The notes beneath the pieces were generated by a model. That model saw only the letters and a program-made list of their open reading frames with translations. It was not told the origin of the DNA and did not search any database. The position numbers and the translations under genes were made by a program. Shown piece by piece: positions 50,930 to 64,000 of a DNA stretch of 64,000 nucleotides. Every line of letters begins with the position of its first letter. Within the stretch, counting starts at the first letter, position 1. The stretch is from Bigelowiella natans CCMP2755 (taxonomy: Eukaryota; Protista; Cercozoa), in assembly GCA_000320545.1 (NCBI GenBank), contig ADNK01000278.1:1645-65644 (forward strand), given 5' to 3'.

Positions 50930-53900
50930 GAAATGGATGGACAAAATGAACAGGCCATCGAAAGATTCTCTTACACTTCCAGGTGTCGATCCTTCCTCCA
51001 AGGATTCTGTGACGTATTATTATCGCAGGCAGGCAATTTGTTATGATTCGCCTTTTAATTCCTGCATCGTTGAGCAATCAATATGGATGTGGTGTACCGA
51101 GTTATTTGCCGATTTCCAATGCCTGCCCAGCTATCCTCCTCTGTACTAACTTCCTTCTTCTTATTTGGCTCGTCCTCCTCCTCCTCTTCGCGTTTAGGAC
51201 CCTTTTTGACATTTTGATACTATCCTCAGGCTTGTGATTTTGATTTGCACGCACACACACACACACACACACACAATATATTTATCTTATATACGTTACA
51301 TGTACTCATGTGGATAACATACTGTAACATTTTGGCATGTATGTTGATGATGCCGTGCAGAGGTTCATCACCGATATGATGAAATCATCGTCATCATAAT
51401 CCTCCTCGCTATCCACCGCATCGTAGTAGTTGTAGAGTACAGACTCCTGCATCAATTATATTGTGCGTGGTATAAACAAAAAGGCATGAAACACCTATCA
51501 CCCCTCCCCCCCGGATTTACCTGCATGCACACACTCACGTACGCAGACATTAAACAATCATATTTACGATTAACTTGCAATCTCTTCGTTTTCTATGTCG
51601 TCTTCACCATTATTTATCACTTACATCCCCCACAGTATCTTTTCCATGGAGACCCTCGTCTCTAACAGCTGCAGCTGCAGCCATAAAATCGGAATCTAAG
51701 AACGAAGTTGCTCTGGTTGGCTTCGAAGACACGTGTCCTTTTCCCCCCCCCCCCCCATCGGCCCCTCCAAGATCATCGCATAATTTCGCTATCGTCTTCT
51801 TCGTGAAAGAAGAGTCGAAGCTGTTGTCCCGGGCTTGGGAATCCTTGGGGAGCGTTGCCATCCCACACAGCACGCAAAGAGCCGTGGTGATTAAAACGAT
51901 AGCTGATAATAGGGGGGGGCGGTCAAAAGAGGGTCAGGCTAATGCGTAGATGCAATATGTGCAGGTGTGAGAGCGAGGCCTCTATTACTATTCTCTAATT
52001 CTATTTCTCATACCAAGAATCGTTGTCATAAGCACTTCCTTATTGGACAAGGCCCTTGGTAAAGCCTGAGGGGGGAAAGGGAGGGGGAGACTGAGTAGAA
52101 GCATCAAATAGCCCGAAAATGAAGGTATTGCTTCCATTTGAGCGCTAGGAATTGCAAAGGAGGGATACGATGCTGTTGAGTTGGAGGGAGGGAAAGGCTG
52201 AAGGTAGCGGGTAAGAAAGAAAACCGACTATGATGCATGGGATCCCTCCATGAACATTGGCCAGCCTTATTTATATCAAGGGGTCAACGAGAAAGGACCA
52301 AAACAAGGAGGAAAATGAATGATTGTTTCGACTCGTAAGAGCTAAGCGTCGTCGTTGTCGTGTCTTGGGGTGGTTGATGGCAGTGCGGATGAAGGAGGAG
52401 ATGCCGATCCCCAGCCTTTGATGTGTGCAAGGGTAGACGTACTACGTGTGGAACTATGCTATTTTGTGTGAGAATATGGTGTATGGTATGATGCCCTACC
52501 ATATCATCGATAACTCTGTGTTTGAGACCCAGCTAGGTGGCTTTTCCCAAAGGTAGGAAACATATAATAACCAAGGTGTTTTTCCCTTCAGCAAATCTCT
52601 GGTATTATCTACAAGCTTACTTTTGTTGCTCCAGCATATCGTTCTATCATTACCATCATCATTATCATCACCATTATCATCAGCACCATAAGGCGTTACC
52701 TTCATTGACAATAACGATGCTAAATTGCAGAGCCAACCAATCTTTCATAAATCCATAAGATGATGATGAGTGCTGCTGCTGCTGTTGTGATGTGAACTCA
52801 AAAATGAAATATAATGAGTGCTGCTGCTGTTGTGATGTGAACTCAAAAACGAAATATAACCTCTCTGCAAACATGATCATACCAAACTTACACGAGCCCG
52901 CACGAGCACATACACACACAGACACACACACACACACACATCACGAAAACTTTCATCTGTCCTTTATCAAGGTTTATCTCTGGCTGCTCCGTGATATGCG
53001 GATCGACGATGTTGCTTCTACCATGAATGTAGCAATCCCCCTCGAAACGACGCAAAGAACAACGGCAATGGCAATGAAAGGCACCTAAAGATAGGGACAT
53101 AGAAGGGGCTGCTTTTCTAGGGATTCTAAACTATGTTCATGATGTTGATCGAGCTGCGGTGGTGGTGATAGAGGAGGAGGAGGAGGAAAATTACGTCTAA
53201 TTTTGGTGTGTGGCCATTATTGTTGACAAAGGCCCTTGAAAGCACGAACCCCTGTTTAAGCGCGTTAGCACCACCACCACCACCACCACCACCACCATCA
53301 CAACAATAACAACAACATCAACAAGAAGAAGAAAAAGAAGGCTGTGTTAGGGGAGAAATGTGTTTCCGTACTGAGAGTCTTCTTTCGTGGTTTGATTTGT
53401 ACAAACTGTGTTCTCACTGCTACTACATGTGCAGCACATGAATTATTCCGGTATCGAAATAACGAGTCATCTATACATCTGTTTATGCTAGTAAATACTA
53501 CCACGAGCAAGTAGACAGCGGCCTCAGCAATCTACAGGAGGAGACACAGTATGTGAAGGAAGAAGCACGAGCAGTTTGAAGAGAAGGAGGAGGAGGAAGT
53601 GGTGAAGAGGAGGAAGAAAAGATGGTGATAAAAGCTTGGTAGAAAGAAAGAACAAATTTGAAAACGACTCCTTAGTGATCCACACGCTGCCTAATTTTCC
53701 TACTGCTATTCCCCCGTCCCCTAGCCTGTTACTTGGCCGGCGAGCGACGACGTTATCTCCAACGTTGCCCGAGAGGCTTTTGAGATGTTAAAACAGTGGT
53801 AGCGCAACAGGACCTGTCCAGCAAAACGCCAATGTGTAAAGAGGCATTAAGGTAATGGGGAGTGCATATAAATCAACCATGAAACGCAAGAACTACAAAG

Positions 53901-54662
53901 AATAACACAGTACAATCCACACGTGAATGGCAAGTGGGGGATAGTTTACCAGTTGACACGAATACACGGCGACGATTCTCGAGCCCTTTTTGTCAACGGT
54001 CAACATCACGCAGATGTTAGATAATGGCAGTAAAATTATGATCGTCACAACCACACAAGCAGTATGTAAAGTGGATATGTGCGTGTGACTGAGCGTGTGT
54101 ACACATCTATATATCCGAGCCCTTCCTCGAAAACAACATGTTAGGGTATGATGCAAGAGAGGAACAGATTGGGGGATAAGTAGGACATACATAGTTAGAG
54201 CCTCCGAGAAAATAGCTTGCGGTTAGTGTCACAAATGTGACCATCTGAGGAAGATTAGAGAGGGAGAGAGAGGGGTAGGGGGGGAGGAGGAGAAAGAATT
54301 ATCGTGCTTATCCACTGGATATTTGAATATAATATATGCGGAGCGGCTCTATGTAAATAATAATGATAATCACATAGATGCAATCATCCTTTCAGTCCCT
54401 TGGGAGAAAGCTCGATATTTTTCGATTGATCCGTTCAATTAAATGGATAATTTGTTTTGGGAGCCAAAAGTCTGTGCTGCTGCCTCTACTGCTAGTAGGC
54501 GAAGTGCCGGCGTTGTCTCTCCCTCCACAATACTACCACACCATCATTTCAACAAGTTTGCTGTCGTTCGTACCAATTCCAAAGTAGGATACTTCTTCAG
54601 AAATCTTGCCTGAGCGCTCACTACAGATGTCATAAGCCCTATCACTGAGGGCGAGACAGAGA

Positions 54663-54703
<41 letters not shown>

Positions 54704-54956
54704 AGAAGGTAATTATTATTCATGTTGCAGTTGTTGCGGTTGTTGCAATTACCTGCTCCCGCTAGTATTAGAGTAAGAAGGTAATTATTATTCATGTTGC
54801 AGTTGTTGCGGTTGTTGCAATTACCTGCTCCCGCTAGTATTGAGGTGGACACTCCTATTCCAAAGCTACCAAACCATGCGTTGTATATCACCCCGAAGAT
54901 AGACGATGAGGATGGGATCTGCTTAGAAAGACACAAAAGAAAACAAATGCGCACGT

Positions 54957-54991
<35 letters not shown>

Positions 54992-55030
54992 GACAACAAC
55001 AACACACGCATACATATATGGATTTATGTA

Positions 55031-55065
<35 letters not shown>

Positions 55066-55652
55066 ATATATTTTCATAATTGTGTGCTTTAGACTCATGC
55101 CGTGGTAGCTACCTCTCCAATGCCACTGACCGCCTTCATATTCGGTGAAAATGATATCAATAAGGGTTTGTGGGGGGGATGAAGAGGAGAGGGGGAATTC
55201 AATGACAGTGACGAAAGGGACATTTCAAAAGAAGAAAGTGAGAGACAGAGAAGACAAAACAGATAAATAATTAAGTACTCAAGGCGCCCTACCATGAAAA
55301 ACATGATCGCCACGATCTCGTTGAGAATTCCCTATTATTTTCATAATTTGGCAACAACGATGAAACACATCAACATTGCACTGAGACGGGCGACAGCGAC
55401 ATGAAGAGCTAAGATGCCAACACTTTGCTCTGTGCCGAATATGCTCTTTGGAAGCACAAGACGATTGTAATTGGTGGTGAGTACTGATACTATTATTACC
55501 TCTCCCAAGATGATCCTCCTCATCTTCGGACGAATGCTCACAAAAGGATGCTGAGGGGACGATAGGAGCTACACATCAAGAGCAGAGAGCCATGTGAGCA
55601 AGGAAACAGGAATATATCCTCGAGCACGCGACAGCATAGCCCACTTGAACCA

Positions 55653-55683
<31 letters not shown>

Positions 55684-57074
55684 GGTCGCTAGCATCACCG
55701 AGGTTATTGCCACTGAATCGGTGCTAGACAGCATCATGCCGATCATAAAGCTAATGAAAATAATAGGAGGAGAGGTGAACACAACTATTTATATATATAT
55801 ATATATATATATATCAACGATTCAAAGGGAAGAAAAAGAGAAAACGATGTTCTGCGAAGGCAATTTAAATCTCTTTATCGTGTTGTTGGTTGTGGTGTTC
55901 GTAGCGCTCGTGCGTGTTGGGTTATTACTGTTATTGTTGTTGTTCTTGTTGTTGTTTTAACTACTACCACTGGAAGGGATCAGCGGTAATGGATACCACA
56001 CCAGAAACAGCCAAAAGATGTAAAACCTACAGGCACAACTAAAAGTCAGGATGATATCAAAAAAATAATATATGTGTGTATGTGTGTGGTTGTGTGTGTG
56101 TGGATGATTTGGACAATTCATGTAGATGTGTGTGTGTGGGGGTGTGCGGTATTGTATTTATAAAAATGGGCACTTCGTAGCTAACCTTGGCGACGAAAAC
56201 GGAAGATAAAAGCAAACCCAGGAGAGACAGGGCAAAGATCATTGTCACATGAGTGCTACAGTAGAGGCTCTTCTCCAACAAGTATCCGGCTGAGCGGAAG
56301 ATCGATCGATGAAGAGGCATAAGCAAAGACTAGAACCATGACCGCACACACACACCCACACACACACACACTCGCAGGCAGACAAAGAAAGATTCACACG
56401 CTAGGAAAAATGAAGGCATTTACATGTAAGTAAGTTATTACATTTTAAAAGGATGGGAGGGAGAAGCACGTAGTAGATTGCCATCGATTCTACGTTGAAC
56501 AGTGTTTCATCCTCCTTGCCAATGAAGAAGACGGCGGACAGAAATCCCTTATAAGTAAACAACAACGTCCCACGTTTAGAGGAGGAGCTCACTGTGTGTG
56601 TGTTTGTGTGTGCCTTACCCCAATCCCCATGATACATTAACTCACATATATACCTACGTGCATGCCTACATACAAACGAAAGAAAGCTCTCACATCCCCA
56701 CCCATCGCTCCTCCCCTCCTCTCCTGTGTGAGTGATGCACCCACCAGGAATATCCAGTAAGTGCTGATCGGAACGCAGCTTAGACACTTCCAATGATCAA
56801 GGATAGGCCTATAAAAGCGTGCATATACTTCTTGTTTCAGATCAAAGGACCCTGTGCATAAACCAGAGGGAGGTTACGTTTGTGTTTTGTCTTGACGCAA
56901 AATACACGCGCGCATGCACACACATATACACATGCATATACACTTATAAATTATCAGCATAAATTTCGATGATGTCAATCAGCTACTTGGTGAGAAGAGC
57001 CAAGGTCAGCAGAATAGCGATGAACAGGATTCCATATCCCTGATACCGTCAAGCACACGATGATGATGATGATG

Positions 57075-57109
<35 letters not shown>

Positions 57110-58237
57110 AATAATATAGGGAAGAGCAGAGGGCCTTATGACGATCAATTTTTTTGTTAGCAAGACGTAAAATGCTATATTTTTTGCCTCTGAAGCCTTT
57201 GTGATAACGACTCACCTGAAGGATACTTTCACCATTATTATGTGTCTCGGGGTGAGAATGATCTCCTTGTGAGGATTGCGAAGAGGTTCCGACCGATCTG
57301 AAATTCGGTAGGAATACGAAACAAGAACGATGTCGAATTTAAAATTTAGCATGTTCCTTAATCAGAACAAAACGGACACTAAAAATTCCTCCTTCCTCCT
57401 CCTCCTTCTCCCAAACTTCTTCTTATTTTTCCGTTAGCTTGACCCCATCCTTCGCATCGTTGTTTCAATTAACCCAATGGTAGACTTGACGACCTTTTTG
57501 TTGAAAAGGGGTATTATCCGTTCAATAACTTTATGTCGCACAGAATTTCAAAACTGCTGGCAGCAGTGATGAAAGTACTTACTTCCGAGTCTCTGGTAGG
57601 TGTCGAGTTCCCTCCCGTAGACAACGAAACATTAGGAGTAAACCCATTGGTTACCAAGTCGCTCTTGTCCACGTGAGACCAAACCATCAAGGCTAATTTT
57701 GTGTCTGCACAGATGATGAAATTGGAATACGGTACGATCTTGTAAGTTCTTAAGTACCTCCTCCTTTGTTTTCTCCTCTATTTATACTCCACACCCGTGG
57801 AAATTGTACAGCAAGAATCAGACTATCGCATGCGCCTCTGCTTACCTCTCGTATGACAATTCTTCCCGTATTGGTGTAGTTCCTCCTCCCCTCCCGCTCT
57901 TTTTCTCAGTCTTTTCTACTCTCTGTTCTTGGGTGTGTTCCTTCTCCGGAAGCTTAAGACTGACGCTGCTCGCATGTGTGTCTCAGAATGAAGCCAAATA
58001 GATGCGATTCATGATCTGCGACAGAAGCAAGTGGTGTAAATGTAGGTATGCGACGTGAGAAATGCTTTGTCGCACGTGGTCATTGGCCATCATCAACCTA
58101 TGTAAGACGCAACGAGTAGATGATCAAATCGATCAGTTTGTCACTAGGGTAGGTTACAACGGAACATAGACAAACCAAAAAAAACTCGGGTGATTCTCGC
58201 GAGTTGACTCGGGTGATTCTCTCGAGTTGCTTGCCAT
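50930..58237 (-). CDS. Divergent CPA1-family Na+(K+)/H+ exchanger (NHE/NHX-like); both ends approximate
   Basis: Hydrophobic exons IYYVLLPPIL|FRSAGYLL, IGMMLSSTDSVA, RRIILGE|GILNEIVAIMFF, FGSFGIGV, IAEAAVYLLV, VVSRGIATF match CPA1 transmembrane motifs. Confidence 0.75.
54698..54841. repeat. 72-bp exact tandem duplication spanning an exon end and 5' splice donor
   Basis: 54698-54769 = 54770-54841. Confidence 0.9.
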
Positions 58238-58426
58238 GATGGGAATTCCTACCCAATAATTACCACCACACGAACAAATAGGAAAAAATCCTCGGAGAAG
58301 AATGAACTCAAAAAGAACAACAACAAATGATAACATCTCTACGATATTTTAAGCTTAATTTTTTTCCTAGATACCCTTCGTCGTTGCTACGCACATCCCC
58401 TTCTCTCCCACGTGCGTACGCCCCTT

Positions 58427-58465
<39 letters not shown>

Positions 58466-58556
58466 TCTCTCTGTCTGTCGTCTGTCTGCGTGTGTGTGTC
58501 ATATTTACTTTTTGCTTCAGTCAGCATCGTCAAGCCAGAGGGGGGAGGGAAGACAA

Positions 58557-59825
58557 ATGCTGCCTTCATCCTTCGCCGCTGCCGCGTCATCGTCGTCGTC
58601 GTCGTCTTCAGCTGAAAAAAAGGCAACTCCCACATCAGAGACACTCGACAGATGCCGACGCTACAAAGAGGCTGCTTTTAAAGGTAGAGCAAATTCTTCT
58701 GAACGATACGTGGACAAGGATTCGATAAATGCACAATATCAGATAAGAGAGTCAGCTTTCTCATGAAGATGCTCGCGGTAAGTATCGCGACTCAGATTCA
58801 CACCCTCATTCGCTTGGTCTTGAAACATTGCATGCAAACAGGTTTATGGATGCCCAGTTCAACAACACGATTTTGTCCATTGCATAGAGTTTCCTAAAGG
58901 TGAAACAGATCTTATACTCTATGAAATGATGTCAACATGTCCCCCGACCCACTACTATCTATTACCCGAATCCGAGTTCTGACGATTTAGAGGGTGGAGG
59001 TCGCGTAAATCGATAAATACTGATATTCTGTTCAGAACTTAAGGCGAATGGGGGCTTTCGCATTAAGGATGATGACACCGTAGACGTATGCACTCATTAT
59101 ATACATACGTTCATTTAAATATGTGCGTGCGTGCGTGTGTGTGTGTGTGGTAACATACGCAATGGTTTTATGTCATGATTCGTTTCTTTTAATCTTCAGA
59201 TTGTTCTCGGAAGCAACGTCATAAAGGTACACTGCCAGCACATTTGATAGCAACCGTTTCTGAGTTGTTGTGACCTCTGCACGTTATTAGAGCGAAAAGG
59301 AGACCACGCGAATTCTTCGCCACGAAGTATGGATCATTCCCTTTTAAAGGAATTTACAACTAATATATTATACCAATGCAGTTGATACACGCGTTGGACC
59401 ATTGCAAGTACGATGTGGACTGGAGTGATCCGAAGCAAAAGGCTTGCTCTGAGGTAGTAGTTAAACCTATCTCTATCTCTATGTTACTTGGCTAGGTTCC
59501 AAGTTCAAATACGTTGTGCTTGATACAGATCAGAGCTGCTTCTTTGAGTGGAGATTGCGATTACATAACTGAATTAGCTCGCGGAGCAAATCCATCCATG
59601 AGCAATCATCATAAGGTGGGAGACCATCTTTTCTGAATGCGAGCTTTATGAAAATAATTTGCATCATTCCACGATTTTTAGAAATGTGTCAGGCGTCGTG
59701 CCGCGTTTAGCCTTCGCCATTCGCCAACTTCTGCCAACATGACGCAACTGAAAGCTGAAGAACATGTGGATGCTGTCTTCGAAGATTGCTACAAAGACAC
59801 GAGTCCGTTTGGGTGTATACCTTAA
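58557..59825 (+). CDS. ATP23: Mitochondrial inner-membrane metalloprotease ATP23 (peptidase M76), 9 exons
   Basis: GGF, IVLGSN, TRILRHE|LIHALDHC (HExxH), VDW...ACSE|IRAASLSGDC, KCVRRRA, VDAVFEDCYKDTSPF; stop at 59823-59825. Confidence 0.93.
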
Positions 59826-60353
59826 AATCGGTGTAGAGTATGCACGGAAGAAATATTTTATCGTATGAATGTGTGCTTATGCGTGTGCGCTCACGTATTC
59901 GTTATTAAACTGTAGAACTTTCAATTGTAATACAGTCTATTTGGCACCTTTATTTTGTGTCCCGCAGTGTTGCGTATAATTGTACATATATGTTTGTGAA
60001 TGTAGATGTAGTATGGAATGACAAGACGTATGCAGTCACACAAATATATGTACAGCTAGCCGTCAATGAGCAGACGACACTGCGCAATATTGTGATTCTC
60101 ATTTTGATCTACAAGGCGCAACGCCGTGGTAAGCGAAAGGAGACAAGACTAATGATATGTGTAGCGTTTAGTTGCTAGCTCATGCAGTGTAGTAAAGGGC
60201 ACATGAGCATGTAAATTCTTGGGCGAGGCAGCGCGCGCATGCATGAATATTATATAATAATCCTAGGACAATTGCCGTGGCCAAAATATATTATATCTTA
60301 GCGCCACGTTGAGCTGGCAAGACCAAATGAGTGCTGATGCTTAGGCGTGTTTA

Positions 60354-60393
<40 letters not shown>

Positions 60394-60422
60394 TATATAT
60401 AATGAATATTTCATTACATCCG

Positions 60423-60471
<49 letters not shown>

Positions 60472-60642
60472 CATCATCTACTTTACTCGACACAGATCGT
60501 TCACAATTCGCAATAACTTTTATTAGCACTGTTTTTTCCAAGCAAATTACTGGTGTCACATACTTGCGCGATTACAGACATAGGATAAATAATATACATA
60601 TAATGTATATCATATTACGTTGTCTATTATGTTATAGACATA

Positions 60643-60702
<60 letters not shown>

Positions 60703-60927
60703 ATATTACGTTGTCTGTTATCGCGTTGCTGCATAAGATTAGCCCAAAAATTGCGAAGTAGCAGTTTGCTACTGTGCGCTCAGTTAAGGCTTTCCACGCA
60801 ACATGCATGCATCCAGAAGAGACGAACAGATAGTTTGATAAAGATCATTAGAATTCATTGTAATGTAAACCTTTATCTCAATCGACCCGTCTACGCTAGT
60901 ACGACAACAGCACATATTCAGAAGAAC

Positions 60928-61494
60928 CTAATTTTTCGTCCTTGATTTGTGCCGCTGAAACAGGCTTTGAGCCTTTCTCAGCAAATGCTCTTGTATGAGT
61001 ACTCGAGCATTTGTGACTGTTCGTTGCAGAGCCAGGGGGCTGAGCTCCAAACTTCCACACTCTAAGTTGAAGGATCTAATTCTATCTAAGAATACAAAAT
61101 CTTCATCGATTAACTGTGATTTTGTGTGATGGTGGCGCCTTTGTTGTCGGCCGGTCGCTGGGTTCGAGTGCCGGAATGATATCCTGGATCCGTGTTGCAC
61201 AGTAGGCTCTACAGGGCAACCCACAGACATCAGATGCTTGATCTCAGAGAACGATATATCAGTGAGATAGAACTCCGAATGTGTTGAGATTGCGAACTCC
61301 AAACGCGATTCCCGTTTGCCTGGCCATAACTATGGGACAACACACGCAAACACACACACATGCGCGCCATTATTAAGTCTGTGTTGCCTGTCAGAAAAAA
61401 GTAGCTCGCCATCGTTATGCATTTTGATATTTTGTTGATGATAATATTACTATTCTTGGGCGAGAACAACACATCGCCACCCGCAACACACACA

Positions 61495-61527
<33 letters not shown>

Positions 61528-61979
61528 AGCAGCAACGTTGCACCTTGTTGAAGGCCTCACACTCCGAATCTGCGATGGGCGGAACATGTACGACTGATTT
61601 TGAGTCGTCTCCGGGCAAAACTCTCTGGGTCTTCCCTCGCACTATTCGTTCCACATGCAGATATGGGGCCTCGAAGTGACGGATCATCGGTAAGTACGGT
61701 ATCTTCTTGTGCTCGATCTTCACCTCAGAGCGGCCGGCCCCACCGCCGGTGGGGTGGTAGCGAGGCGTGGTTGGCACTCTCCTCCGCCGTGTGGAAGGGA
61801 GAAGCTTGGGTTCTAAGCATGTTCCCGTGCTGCATGCTACTATCTCGCATGTCCAAATACGGTACCTAGTCGGCTCCTCCTCGGACGTTATCTGTGACGG
61901 GTGATTGTGGTATTAGTAGTGGGTAAAAGGAAGGGGGGGGGGGGAGGAGGAAAAGGATGACGGGAGGATCGGGAGGATG

Positions 61980-62033
<54 letters not shown>

Positions 62034-62337
62034 GGTTTCACTTTTTGGAACGGGGAATGTAGGCGAAATGCTTGGAAATGGGATTTTTATCATGTTTGAC
62101 AACATGCTTGAGATGTGTGCGTGTGCGTGTATGTGTGTCCTCCTACCCATCCGTTAACATCGGTTTTTTCGTTGCGGATATAATCCCACTCAGCGTCCGC
62201 ACGGAACCTAATTCAGACGTGTAGCAGTACACATGTACGGACAAGGGACGAGTAATAAGGATGGGTGGACAATGACGACGACGACGACATGACGATGATG
62301 ATGATGTTTGTCGGTATGTGTATGTGTGTGTGTGTGT

Positions 62338-62384
<47 letters not shown>

Positions 62385-63277
62385 TGCATCGCTACTTTTC
62401 GTATCATTCTTGCTGCACACACGCACAATAATATACATGCCATAAAACACGGACCGCACTCCCTTCTCGAGTGTAGAGCAACGATTGAACAATGACAATG
62501 CGCCATGGTTTCTCAAATCGTACACACAACATCGCTCATCTCTCCGAATGCTGACCTCATCCCTGGAGGGGGAACGCACAACGCCGATCCCATGGCGACA
62601 CAGGAATGCCCATGCATATCCGCACTCCAGCAATAACCCTAATTAAAGACGCGCCACAAACAACAAGTGGTCAGTGGAAATGACTACTCCTATCACACAA
62701 TCACAATAAGGCTTCATAGAGTAGCACGGAGATGGTGCGAATAAAAACCACATCGTTTTCGTCGCGTTCTTCCAGCTGATGATATTCATGCCGACGAATA
62801 CACTATTGCTATGCGTGATGAGATGGAAAAGAAGCTGGAAGCCACGCACAGTACTAGGAATTACTGCCTTTAAGCACAAGCAAGCTGCTACATTTGCTGC
62901 TGCTGCTGCTGTTACTCTAAGATGCATGCTCATGCTAGGCTAGTCGACTCATATATAGGCATTATTATTATTATTATTATTATTATCATCACCTCGTTGG
63001 GGAGCAGCTTGGAGCTCCATCCGTATTGGTATTGACGCTGCCTTTCATAAATCTTCATTTTCTCCCGATGATCTCCTCCTCCTGCTGCTTCCTTTCCTTC
63101 TCTATCCTTGCTCCTCTTCCATCGTGCACGTTTGATCCTCTGAGGTGTGATAGGTGGCAGCAACATCGTCGTCAAGGGGGGGGAGCATAGCAGGGAGTGA
63201 GGAATGAAATACAGGAGACCAAAGGGAAATCATGTATGATCGTTCATTGGTGCCATTTCGAAGCTGCTCTTTCTCTC

Positions 63278-63308
<31 letters not shown>

Positions 63309-64000
63309 CTCTCTTCTTCCTCAGTCACAAGCTTAGATTGGTGGTGGCTGCTGACCTTTCGTATACGCACTCTGTCCGTCGGTCGCTCTTTGCTGTGGAA
63401 GTTGTGCTGCAGCCCCTCAGCATAGAGCCATTTGGACACCTGTTTTCAAGAGATGTGGGGAGGAGGAGGAGGATGAGGAGGAGCGCAAAACATCGCAAGC
63501 AAACATACATGTATACCTCTGATTTCGAATCTTGAAACTCCATACAGTCGGGCAGCTTGCCGTCACATCGCACAGCTAGTCTAGTACCTGATGTGTGTGT
63601 ATATGTGTTTGTGTGAATGATGATGATGAAGATGATGATGATGAAGATGATGATGATGATGATGAAGATGATGATGATGATGATGATAATTATGATGATC
63701 ATGATTGCGTGTTTGCAGTACATCATGATCACGACAACAATGCTTATGGCTTCGTCGCCAGTGCTACCAAGAACTCTCTCCCCCCCCCCGCCCCCCTCTC
63801 TCTCCCCTTTTCCTACTTTTTATTATCATCAAATTCTAATTTTTTTCTCCCCCTGTAAACACGCACGTGGATTTGTCAGCCCGGCGTCCTCATCAACAAC
63901 GGTGCATGTTATCCATCTCCGCTTTCTCTCAGCAGCAGAAGGTCCCTCTCCTCCTCCTCCTCCTCCTCCTCCTCCCGACTTGCTACGTTGTTGCTGCTGT
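60928..64000 (-). CDS. Hypothetical multi-exon protein, 5' part beyond the window
   Basis: Coding-like exons between microsatellite-rich introns (IPYLPMIRHFEAPYLHVERI; EFAISTHSEFYLTDISF; final exon ...QRHKSRTKN*). No family recognised. Confidence 0.5.

Noticed and set aside
50799-51149. 116-aa + strand ORF
   Set aside because: It overlaps the probable 3' end of the minus-strand exchanger, starts at GTG and has no motif.
1-64000. tRNA, rRNA or telomeric repeat arrays
   Set aside because: None recognisable by eye; a tRNAscan/Infernal run would be needed to exclude small ncRNAs.

Overview
Eukaryotic, intron-dense nuclear DNA from a protist. The gene style is reminiscent of chlorarachniophyte/rhizarian genomes, but that is an inference. 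About 15 spliced genes lie in almost strict head-to-head / tail-to-tail alternation: NTMT1-like methyltransferase, SPFH protein, Ras with an N-terminal extra domain, ADAM protease with a WW tail, kinesin-ankyrin-SEL1, 2OG-Fe(II) oxygenase, PPIL2/Rtf2-like, a large Myb/MC1/BRCT chromatin gene, two mirror-image SAM-domain genes, a CPA1 Na+/H+ exchanger, ATP23 and hypotheticals. Three features stand out. (1) A strong TpA-erasure signature: a ~2.7 kb degenerate relic (43.2-45.9 kb) has about 12 TA dinucleotides by hand count, including a ~980 bp stretch with none, while CpG is retained. Most convergent intergenic tracts keep TA largely as CTAG. Both fit an A-to-G hypermutation of TA(A/C/T) to which only CTAG is immune on both strands, i.e. 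a RIP-like system acting on adenine. (2) A spliced eukaryotic gene joining two telobox Myb domains to an archaeal/viral MC1-type DNA-bending domain, probably continuing into 53BP1/Crb2-like tandem BRCTs. (3) A 4.6 kb gene-containing palindrome with nested hairpins at its centre. All gene models were spliced by eye and boundaries marked approximate are uncertain.
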